Source of the DNA: Marsupella aquatica
Lineage: Eukaryota > Plantae > Marchantiophyta
DNA: 64,000 nucleotides
Assembly (NCBI GenBank): GCA_973895155.1
Contig: OZ316897.1
Coordinates: 10,005,832 to 10,069,831 of the forward strand
Direction of reading: 5' to 3'
The notes below the pieces were generated by a model. That model searched no databases. It was not told the DNA's origin and saw only the letters and a program-made list of their open reading frames with translations. The position numbers and the translations under genes are program-made. This document shows, piece by piece, positions 22,538 to 33,600 of this stretch (positions are counted from its first letter, which is position 1; each line of letters begins with the position of its first letter).

Positions 22538-23893
22538 ATGGTTCTTTCCAATGAGGAATGGGAAATCATTTGTGCAATAATTCTTGTGTTCCAGCAAGTG
22601 CTCTTGCAACAGATGCACTTGTCAGGTCTTTTGGCTAACTACTTTGTGGAACAGAGGCTAGTATCAGGTCAAGAGGACAATACACTCTTTGCGAACTTGT
22701 TTCTACTATCTCAGACTATTCAACATGCATTTTCCAGAGATCATCATCTCCTGTCTGAAAATTATATTGAGTCTAGATCAGGAGAATGGAGTAGGTGGTA
22801 CCTTATGCATGTCATGGAAGATGATCCAGTTCGCTTCAAGGATTTATTTCGGGTGTCACCTGCAACATTTATGCATATTTGCGAACTGGTTCGAGGAAAT
22901 ATGACTACACACCCCCCACCTGGCCTACGCAATTTGACCAATAGGACATTGCCGGTTGAGCTACAAGTTGCTATAGCACTGCGCAGATTTTCCAATGGGT
23001 GTTTATTATTGACACTTTCGGAGATGTTTGGAGTTTCGGTACCATGTATTTCTGATGTGATTTGGCGATTTGTGAAGGCATTAATTGTGAGCGCAAGAGG
23101 GACACATTTGAGTTGGCCAGAAGGAGAGGCCATGGCACAGGTTAAAGAAGAGTTTCGACAATTGCAAGGATTTCCAAATTGCTGCGGTGTAATTGACGTC
23201 ACTCATTTCCAAGTTCAGATACCTCTTGGGATGAATTCTATCGATTATCGTGATTATAGCCATGGTCAGAGCATTTCCATGCAAGCTATTTGTGATAGCC
23301 GACTCCGATTTTTAGATGTGTTTGCAAGATGGCCTGGCAGCATTCAAGACTCTTGCCTTCTAAGAGAGTCGGGTTTTTATAATGATGTTGTGGGGCGCCA
23401 CACAAAACTCTCGGGCCCAACTTTTACGGCTCCAAGTGGATTCACTACACGGGAGTATATTATTGGTGATGTTGGTTACCCAGTTTATCCTTGGTTGCTT
23501 AACCCTTTTCCTAGGGCAAGAGAGCATACCAGGAAGAGCGAATTCAACTACATGCTTAGCTCAACCATGATGTGCGTGCAGCGTGCTTTTGATCAATTGA
23601 AGAATAGATGGAGATTCGTTTCTCGTAGAATTTTTCGACCACATCCTTTTCGACTAGCTCACTACATTACTTGTGTATGTATCCTTCATAATATTTGTAT
23701 TGATCGTGAAGATGTATGTGATCCGGCATGGGGTTTAGATCCAGACCCGTCCTATGAACCTGGAGGTCCTCAAACTACATATATGAATTATGATAATGGA
23801 CGTAGTTGTCGTGTCGCCATGATGGACTATTTGCTGCCAGAGAGAGAGTGGGAGCAAGAACATTTTGCTGCCCACAGAGATAACACAATGTGA
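22538..23893 (+). CDS. PIF/Harbinger transposase-family protein (DDE_Tnp_4), ALP1/HARBI1-like, 451 aa
   Basis: Motifs FKDLFRVSPATFMHICELV, VAIALRRF, FPNCCGVIDVTH, RFLDV..RWPGSIQD, YIIGDVGYP..PWLLNPF, LKNRWR and CILHNICI. The third catalytic position reads Q rather than E. Confidence 0.9.
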   Translation: MVLSNEEWEIICAIILVFQQVLLQQMHLSGLLANYFVEQRLVSGQEDNTLFANLFLLSQTIQHAFSRDHHLLSENYIESRSGEWSRWYLMHVMEDDPVRFKDLFRVSPATFMHICELVRGNMTTHPPPGLRNLTNRTLPVELQVAIALRRFSNGCLLLTLSEMFGVSVPCISDVIWRFVKALIVSARGTHLSWPEGEAMAQVKEEFRQLQGFPNCCGVIDVTHFQVQIPLGMNSIDYRDYSHGQSISMQAICDSRLRFLDVFARWPGSIQDSCLLRESGFYNDVVGRHTKLSGPTFTAPSGFTTREYIIGDVGYPVYPWLLNPFPRAREHTRKSEFNYMLSSTMMCVQRAFDQLKNRWRFVSRRIFRPHPFRLAHYITCVCILHNICIDREDVCDPAWGLDPDPSYEPGGPQTTYMNYDNGRSCRVAMMDYLLPEREWEQEHFAAHRDNTM

Positions 23894-24352
23894 CAATAGT
23901 TTTCACAAATGTTTCGGCATATTTGAAATAAAGTTTAAAATTAAAATTGTGCATTGAATACACTTCATATACTTAGAGTACTTGTGAGTGAGTCCTGGCA
24001 GTAAGTGAGTTTTATGTCCCATGCCATAAGTCAAGTACAACTGTGCTGTTTGCATGTAAATATTAAGCCCCTAAGGGTTTTGGTCCAGCCATAAAATCAT
24101 TTTATCTCCTTTGCCGAACCTCACTTAGGGCCCTATATATTTTGACACGCCTTAATAATATTCTCCAACTCACGAGCATTGGGCTAGACTTCCGTGATTT
24201 TAGATATGCTCACATTTGGCGGCAGCATTGGCGGGAGCTGAGAACCCGCTAAAGCTCGAGCTGAGAACCGGCTAAAAAGCTTGTGTCTCCCGACAATGCG
24301 CTCGAGGCTCTGATGAGAAGCTTCGTCGTCAACACGAAGAGCTCCCGCAGCT

Positions 24353-26565
24353 ATGGCGGCAAAGGCTGTCTTTTCGTCCTGCGCCACCACCACCACCACC
24401 ACCAATCAAGCACTGTCCTCCGTAGAATGGCGTAGTAATGCAAGTAAAATTTCTAGGATTCACTTCGAGTCGCGGCGTGCATTTGGAATACGAGCAGCGG
24501 CTTCATCATTCCGAAAGCAAAGCATCATCAGCTTCAACGGCCAAACGAGGAGGACGTTTCTGTTGCCGTTGCCGAGAGATGGAGATTTGGGACGGACTGG
24601 TGGTAGTACTCTTGTTAGATCAGAGGAGTTATGGAGGTTGGTGCCTAATGCATCCGTGAAGGAGGTGCAGGAGCAGGAGCAACAGCAGCCTGAAACGACA
24701 TCTTCGCCGACTTTGAAGGATTTTCTGGAGGATCTGAAGCCTCTCGGTAGGGTACGTGATTAGGCTCTCTCACGAAGGGCTTACTCAAAATGTGTGATCG
24801 TTTGAATGATAGACAAATGTGTGTGGTGCTTCTTAGTCCGAATTTTGGTCAATGAAATCCAATTTTGGGAGCCAGTTGCCGATTTGAATTAGAGCGAGAT
24901 GTTTTATGTCAACGTAGAAGGGTACATGTGCCTTGGCTGTTCTAGCCTTGATCGTTTAGAAATCATGAAGTTTTCCGTGCCTTCCTCTCTCTTATGGAAA
25001 TTTGACGGTCCTTGATCCTCGACATTATCTTCCCTTAACTGCCTGATCCAACCTGATAGGTGAAAGTAACGGCATTCTTGCCTAAATCTTACTGAAGTCT
25101 GTCATGAAGTATTAGAAAACGACTGTCCCCAAAAATCAGGAAATCTGTGAGCATTCTCCTGAATTTTAAACTTTCCCCTAGAACCGAACATTCCGAACAT
25201 TCCCCCAACTCTCATGACCAATGTTTAAAGCTACCAGAGAAATCAACGACTTCTTTGTAATTCACTGCAGATTGTAAAGTTAAGTTCTGCCTTTATCATC
25301 CGGGAAGTTTGAAAGAAAACCTTAACGTTGTCCCGTACCTCTCTGGAAATCTGTCCAACTACATTTGAAACCGAATATTTGACCAACTCTTTGATCCGAG
25401 TTCAGAAACCAAACACTGTTTGAAAGCTCACTGCCAATCTTTAAAAGCTGGCTGAAAAACCTGACAGTTCCTACATTTCATGGCCACTTTTTCCAGATAG
25501 TTAAAAAGCAGCGCAGTTCCCTACATGTCACTCCACAAAACTTTGAAGTTCGTTGAAGTACATTCCATTTCCCACATAGTACTGGCAATCTGTAAAGCTA
25601 CAGTAGCTCTTGGATTATTTTGTATTCGAACTTTCGAGCATCTGGTTGACTGTACAGGGTTTAGTGTCCCTAGACTTTTGCCCTTTGTGTCCTACCTACG
25701 CCGGTGGGTCTACAAAGGATGCACCTCATGTTCCTACTCTTCCAGAAATACTTCAATCTGTTGCCGGTAGATTGAAGTATTTGAATTGAAGAGGGGGATA
25801 ATGAGTAAAATACAGGGTGATTCCATAAGAGGCTTGACCTTGAAAGGCGTACAGTCATTCTTTGTGATAATTGCTCGCTCATCCTTTGTCTGTGCGGAGA
25901 GAATCTGTGAAATCTCAGAAGATTATGAATTGAAGCAGGGGATGGAAGGATACTCACCAGAAAGCGTGAGACCATAGGCAGCTTGGCCTTAAAATCATTC
26001 ACTCGTAGACATTTGAATCCTCTCCTTGGCCTTGGCCGAAAGAATTCCTTGGCGGAGTATGCTGAGAGAATGATGCGCTTTTGGCTTGTGCATTAGAAAC
26101 GAATTGATACAGGGGGATATCTGGGCATTCGGAGTGAGGTATGGGATGTAAGTGGTGCAATTATGTGTAACGGGGCTGGGTGCTGTTGGTGTGAAATTCA
26201 ACCAGGTGAGGCTGATCGTCAACACGGGAGTTGCTGTGCTAGAGTCAGTTACGTCCTTTGAGAAGTTCTTCTACCATGCGGGCCCCCGTGGAGAGTACGC
26301 GAATATTATGAGCAGAGAAGATAATGTCGACTTCCATTTGCTGCTAGAAAAAGTTGCGCTGGTACGACTGGTGAAAGGAAAGTCCATGAAAGGTGACATC
26401 CCAACTTACATGGTGCGCCTCGTGGACGTGAATGACTCTGTTGCCGTCAGCGTTCTCGTCATGTGGAGGCTTGGGACGGATGGAGAATACGATCCCGGTC
26501 AGGTGGAGGCTTTCCAAGCTCTTATGGAGAAATATGGCGAGGAATGCAAGTTCCTTGTTTCTTGA
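24353..26565 (+). CDS. Plastid-targeted ChuX/HutX-family putative heme-binding protein; exons 24353-24751 and 26206-26565, 252 aa
   Basis: A Ser/Thr/Arg-rich N-terminal leader is followed by TLKDFLE..LGR|VRLIV..AVLE..EKFFY..RGEYAN..FHL..TY..R..GEYDPGQVEAFQALMEKYGE, which matches cyanobacterial HutX-like proteins as recalled. The phase-0 GT-AG intron joins in frame. Confidence 0.8.
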
Positions 26566-29500
26566 ACCTTATCTATGCCAAGTCAAAGTAGAGCAGACCA
26601 TAGCAGGTGGAGCAGGGGCAGATTAGATCCCACCTTATTGTAGCCTCTGAAACTGTATTACCATGTTAGCTTCCATTCTAGTTTTGATGTCCTCCAGATC
26701 TTTCCGGATCTGAATAGGATTACTGACAGTTGGTCCAATAACTGTCTACGCTTCCCACCAAGTTTATAATGATTACAGCGAGAGAGACACAGAGAGATTG
26801 ACAGAGAGATGTTCAACCGCACTGGCGTGGTCCTGCAGATCCCAGAGAATGACACGAGACAATACGGTAGTTATCGTGATTATGAGCAGCGTCTGAGCTA
26901 CCGTAGGTCCTGTTGAGGTATGTCTAGAAATTGTCCGTCCGTCCGTCTGTCCGTTTGGAATTGTTAATCGCTCTACCAAACGGATACACATCCCTCTCCT
27001 AGCCTTCATGGATACTGAGTACTGCCGAGACTATTCCCAGCGTCCCTCTTCCTCGTGGAAGAAGAATATAGACGTGAATTTTGAATACGGATCTCAAGGG
27101 GAGGCCAAAGTAAGCTCTGCCGTACGTTAAGGTTAGTAAAAGAAGGTGGTCTCCATCGCTCTTGCATTTAGAGAGAGAATGTTATTTATTGCCAAGCCGC
27201 AATGGCAATGCGCATTTTACATCTCATCTCTTTTCTTCAATTTGAGGACACTCCATTTGTTGTGTATGATGGGAAATCTACTTTCGGATATTTGATTCCA
27301 ACCCCTGTTTCAATTTGAGATTACATGCGCAGCATCTGACCTCCATCCCGTGCTGTTTGAATTGATCATCTTTGTAGTGCAGCATATCGCAGCAGAATCT
27401 TTGATGAGTATGAGACCTGTCAGCATGACAAATGAGTCAATGACATTTGGAGTATATCGTTTATTTCTTCAAGGGTTAAAGACGCGAGTTTGATTTTTCT
27501 CTGGACCCAGTGACCCAATGTCATTACGTTGTCTCAAATTCAGTGCTTTTTTATCAAGTGAAATCAGTTCTTTCCACGAGGTGCAAGGATTCAAAATGCA
27601 TCTCTTCGCAACTCACAAGCCGTAAAATTTATAAGAAGAACGAGGAAATACATTCCAGGGGGAAGTTAGTGCGTTGTTTTACTCTCCTAGCTGGACATTT
27701 TTCTGCTCATTGAAAGTGATCTTCGTCTGCACTGGGTGGCGACATAATCTTCCGCCACATCGGGTCTTACACAGGAAATCATCATATCTGTCTAGTGGGC
27801 GAGAGATCGTTGCGATCGCTGTTCATGCTCTGGTCCGCGAAGCTCAGAATTTTGTATTGTCGATTGGAATTGATTCAACTTCTCTCAAAAGAGATGACTG
27901 TTGGATGGTTTTCAGGAGCAATTAGTTTGGTACAATTTTTGAATCATTCTTCTCATTCTTACTTTGTAACGTGGCGGTTATCAGTCCTCGTTTAGAGTAC
28001 GAGGTGCTGATTGATACAACTTACTGCACGACTTGTATGCTCGAAAGGGATCGAGTAAGTTAGTCTTGCCCTTCACCGAATACCACCAGGTCTCTGGAGT
28101 TCAGAGATTGAGAAGCCGCCTTGACAGCAACGCAGCTGTCTCTATGTACGAGCGACTGCCAATTTTGTGTTTCAACATCGTCTGACTGGCCACGGCTGCA
28201 TTGCATTCCTGTGTGTACAACTTCCAATTAAATTGCAGAGTTCTCAATTTTCTTGAGGGAGGCGAATAGTGCATATGCAGTATTGTCCCTGCAATATTGC
28301 TGGGCTAAATGCTCGTCGACTGAGAAAAAGCAGAGCAAGGAAAAAACTTGGAATATGAGCATTCTCACGTAGTATATGTCAGGATGGTCCATCAGTGACC
28401 CAATACTTTCAATAGTTAAGTCAGTCCACCTCACATCCGGAGAACGTCGTCAATTCTTCATCGATTAATTCGTACACACTGCGATGCAATGCCATTTCCC
28501 CACGCTGCTCTGCAGCCTATAAGTAGCATTATCAGTGACATGTTTCGGGCTACGTATCGGAGCTGACGTACGTAGTTTGTATATAGAGTTGGTACATTTG
28601 AAGACCTCAGCGAAGAGGCTTTCCCCGTTGAATACATACAATGCAGTGAATTTTGAGTTTTGTTTCAAAGTTACAAAATAAGAATTTTCCAGGATATTAT
28701 GTCCCCAAGTGAAGGAGTAATCTCTTGGCTTGTGCGCAGTTTGTCTGGCCAGCTTGTCTTTTGCCTCTAGCAGTGACGCTTCAATCCCTGCGTCAAAGAA
28801 ATACCAATGATGCCAGATATGGTGATTGAATTTACGACAATTAAGAGTCCAGTGATGCCCAGCGAATTGTATAGGACTATATTACTGTAGCTGTTGTGTG
28901 ACCTCGAACCAACGGACAGCTCCATACACCAAATCGCTAGACTGATGAAGGCGAAGTTTCAAAGAATTGCTTTGAGAATGCAGCCAAGACAGCTATTTCC
29001 TCCTTGCCAGGTTAACAATTTCTGCACGAGCAAATAATTGTGAACCCAGTCATAAGTCGTACCGAAAATGATTTTGGTGCGGAAATACATATTGGAATCT
29101 CGAATTTCTTTCCAGCATGAATTGAAATCAAACGATACGAGGGATAATTGTATTCCTTTGTCAAAAGGAGCTTCTCCGTCAGTAAGTGGAGTATGCATGA
29201 GGCACTACAGGTAAGACTTTCGCCCTGCACGGTGTCAGGTGAGGAAATGACCTCTAGATGGGTTTCGCACTTAGCAATCCACATTGTCCTCATTGCACTT
29301 TCATAAGCCACCGAATCACAGCAGTTCTCAATGATTGATTGTGCGTACGTCAGTGAAATTTGCACGATGTGCACAGTGTCAGTCGATAGGTCGAGAAACT
29401 AATCTGGTATCCGTACCCCTCATAACTACCAAGAAATGCATGGCTGAAATTCATTCATTCATTCATTCTGTCAGTTTTGTGGGTTTCCGGGGAATTTGCA

Positions 29501-29781
29501 CATAAAACGAACAGCTTACGGTGTACTGAGCATATGGTGTACTGTGCTAGGTGACAAATGGCCACAGGTTAACTGACCGTCCATACCACAATAAACTAGA
29601 TTGTTCTTTTATATCACGGACTGTCCGTCTGACTGATTTTTCGATGTGCACTTACCACGACCATTTCTGGAGCCCTGTATGATTGTATGTACCACCTTCC
29701 CACCATAGCCCATGGATCGCTCAGGCTAGGGTGTACGTGGATCTTTAGGACCAAGACGCCAGAAGGAAAGGTACTGTACCC

Positions 29782-29916
29782 AAATGGTATAACCAAAACT
29801 GCCTCATTCTAGAATACCAGTGATGCTAAATGGTATAACCAAAACTGCCTCATTCTAGAATACCAGTGATCCTAAATGGTATAACCAAAACTGCTTCATT
29901 CTAGAATATCAGTGAT
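29782..29916. repeat. 46-bp tandem repeat x3
   Basis: aaatggtataaccaaaactgcctcattctagaataccagtgat at 29782, 29828 and 29874. Confidence 0.9.
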
Positions 29917-30494
29917 CATCTCATCCGTCCCTGCCTAGCTCAGCTGGCTAAGTTGTTGTAATTTGAACTGTTTACATGAACTGCCTTCTGTGCGCTGTCA
30001 CAGGGTCTGTAGCCAAATCTCTTCGTTCGAATGCAGGCGGGACCATTCGTGGATGTTTCGAGAACCGCTCAGTCATTCAGCTGCGCTCGCGGAGGTGCAA
30101 ATAATCTGCTAAATAATCAACGTTTCTGCCTACAACTTATTCTAACCTAGACGAAACGGACCAGTCCAGACCGGACCCGAACACCTGGACCGTACCCGGT
30201 TGAACCCTGCAATGAAATTGCACAGAAAGGGTTGTGTGGGGTAGAAGCATTCGTGCATAATTATGCAGCCAGTGAAGGGTCTGAAGGGTAGGGCGTCAGG
30301 ACCTTGACAGACTTCTGCGGAATTCATTACGCTACCGACCCTTTCACATATACCTTTTCTCGTAGGTACTGTGCAGTGCGGGCAGGATCCAGGAATTCAC
30401 TATTGGGGGCAGGAGTATAGTTATGATTGGCAGGTCACCGTGACCCCGAATTCATGGGTCCTTCCCTGTCGTCCAGTCCCTCTCTGAGTCTCTT

Positions 30495-30654
30495 TCATGG
30501 CCTCCCCAATTACCTGTCACTGCCCTTTCTGGACGATCGAGTCCCTATCATGGCCTCCCCAATCCACTACCTGTCACTGCCCCTACTGGACGATCGAGTC
30601 CCTATCATGGCCTCACCAATCCCTACCTGTCACTGCCCCTACTGGACGATCGAG
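30495..30654. repeat. 53-57-bp tandem repeat x3
   Basis: atggcctccccaat..tacctgtcactgccc..ctggacgatcgag at ~30497, 30550 and 30607. Confidence 0.9.
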
Positions 30655-33600
30655 CAAGGCCGAATTCTCATTTCGAATGAGACATTTAAGAAAGAATGAT
30701 ACTCTAACCAACTTGTCAGCTAATGTATTTTGAGAATTAATTCATCTTTTGAAGTACTGCAGTACTGAGCTTTGAGGGACCGCCGTCGAGAATCAAGAAG
30801 CTTGCGAAGTGGTCAAGCATCTAGAAAATTTCAGGAAAACATTGTGCGCGCTATGGCGAGAAGATTGCAATAGTCATCCATTTTTTCTCGTAACTAAACA
30901 GAACTGGGATCAAGAGTAATCAGGATCATCAATCTGAGAGTTAGCAGCAAGAACAATTATTGTTCATGAAAAATCGTGATTTCCGAGTAGGCTTGGCAGT
31001 AAGATTCTCATTAATTTCAATACTTCCAGTAAGATGCCAGCGTGCATTACTATGATTGGCATGCTCATCGTGGAGATTGATTGGAACCTAGAACTAAGAC
31101 GTATCGATGAGGAATTGAGGATTAATTCATGTCGAATCTGATTGACAAACTCGACGGCTTCAAATTTGAGCAGTGACACTAAGTTGTGAAAGCAAGACAG
31201 TACTGCACCGAGCTAGTGATCGTCATCATCTGAGTGAAGGGATCGAAACAAAAATATCTTTTGTTTTTGCAACTGGTGAATGGAAGGTGAATCGCCCACA
31301 TGGACGTATCTAAAACCATCCACAAATAAGTAAACTTGGTGGCTCAGTTCACAGGTAATCATTACAATGTCTCGAAGGTGTCGATGCTCAAACTTGAGTT
31401 GTGTGCTCAATGACATTAATTAGCTAACCAGCCCCGGCTTTCCTGTAGACAATTCAATTGAAGATGTGTCGGACACGTGGTGGGGAAATTTGGATACTCT
31501 GAACAAGATACAATCATTCAACCTGAAGCAATCATCCCATCGAGGAACGATCCTCTGATCCTATTGGAATTGCAAGCTAGTGACATCGGATTGAATGACC
31601 ACTTAGAGTGTTTAGTTATTGTTAATCTTTGATTTGTCTTTAGCTCTCGAAATCTGTCCTCGTGTCTCGTGACAGACATTAAACAATACTACTACAGTGA
31701 AACACCGCCGTAACCGCAAACGGTCCAGGTCGAATGGAAGAATGCTTGAAGCTTTTCTCTCCTTGAACGGTCCGTAGCTTTACTAAGAAATGAACATCGA
31801 CTTTATGGTATCGGCAGGCATAGGGAGTCGTGTAACGTGAATCTTGAGGCAGTGAATCATAATTTCATGATCTATCATGGGGATTTACGGGCGTTTGTCT
31901 CTGGTGGTGTAAGGTTGTCATCCTCGTTCATCCTGGGGCTGAACCTGGCCAATAGAACAGGAGTTGGTAAACTTCAAGCTAAAGTCGTTAGTAGACACAA
32001 TTATGCAGCTACTGTAATGTATTCGGTATCCGATAGGCGGCAGGCGGACTCTGCAGGTGACTTGAGATGCCAGTTTGCAATGTCGTTAATTTCAAGACAA
32101 GCATTCAGACAATCAGACTTGTCAATGCTCTGTCCCCATGGGCGTCACGACGTCACGACGTCACGACCTCGTTGGCTCTGTGTGAACTGAATTTCAGCAT
32201 TGCATTCATTGCCGTACTAATAATGAATGGATGTCTGTTTGAAAGTTTTGTCTACAAATAATCAATTCAACAGTAAATGACCGTACCGGTTATGTATAAA
32301 GGACAGAGACAAACAGAAAACATTTTCATACTTCATTAGATTTCTCTAACGAGACCACCACGACTGTACTCTAAATCGTCTGGTAGTATCGAGAATTACG
32401 GGCTCAGTTGGACTAGGTGACTCCCATTGTCCATTACAGTATTCGAGGAGGTCCTATTCAGCATGTTAATAAGCAGCACCAGCTCAGATTTGGCAGCTCG
32501 GGAGTAGTACGATGGCACCAGCAGGACAATCTCCCTAAGTTCTCGATGAGGTTCATTTCTATCATCTGAGTGGTCGCAGTATGAGTGTAGAGCTGGAGCT
32601 GCTACGTGGTACCTTGCAGGTTGTTGCTTCCGCAGTCCTTACTGGACTCCTTGCCGGACTTGGAACCTCCGACCGTGGTAGATCCCCGGGTAGATCCAGT
32701 AACAGCTCGATCACCAGATTGACCGTGGTGACGTACAGAGTTCATGTCTTGTGTCCACGCTTTGCTGGTCCTTTGGTCAGTGGTGGTGGTGGTATTGACA
32801 GCACTCGACGAACTGATACGTTGTGCAACATGAAATTACTGTTTTAGCCGTGCCTAGCCTATTGTTGTTGTCTATACAGCTTTGAATTGCCTGACGTAGA
32901 TTGGAAGGCCGTATATTCCGAGGGAAACCTGTGCACGGAAGCTGCAGTTGAGATGTATGGTGACACAAATTTATCAAGCATTCTATGGCAATCTCGTTAC
33001 ATTCTTCTCGTAGCCGGATACAGTACTACCAAATAGCTACTGTAGATGAGTACATGTAGAAGTGTGCAACTTGTTTGATCCAAATTCAATTCGTCATCAG
33101 CTGTATGATCTGGTTTGGTTTCTTTCAATTCGATAAGAGCCATGCCAGCTCAAAGAATCTGAAAGAAATAGTTTCACTTTGACAGCCAAGATCAGACTGA
33201 AAATGGGGAAACGAGACATGAATTTGGGTTCAGATTATTCGTCCCGACCTCACCTTAGCTCAGTCGGAGATAAGGGTCCACTATCGGCAATGACCCCATC
33301 AATTATGAATACTGGCCACAAAATATCTTTCTGGAGTTTTCTGACGGTCAGTGGCTTCCTCGTACTAAGGACGAACTCACAGTGCAAAGGTTCACGATGA
33401 TGTTGATTTGACAGACATTGGTACTAAAATTCGATGTGGCGGTGGTCCCTACAGGTATTCTTGATGTTACGTTGTGGGAATTGAGACTTTGATCGAGAGG
33501 GCGTGGTGGGCGGCTCGTCCTACCACGTACACGAAAGTGCTCTCCCATAATCGACAGTGCTTTCACAGTTAATCTTGACCTTGCATTGATTTTCTGTAGT

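Noticed and set aside
24353-26565. HutX-like gene as bacterial contamination
   Set aside because: It has a spliceosomal intron and a transit-peptide-like leader and sits among plant genes and plant TEs.
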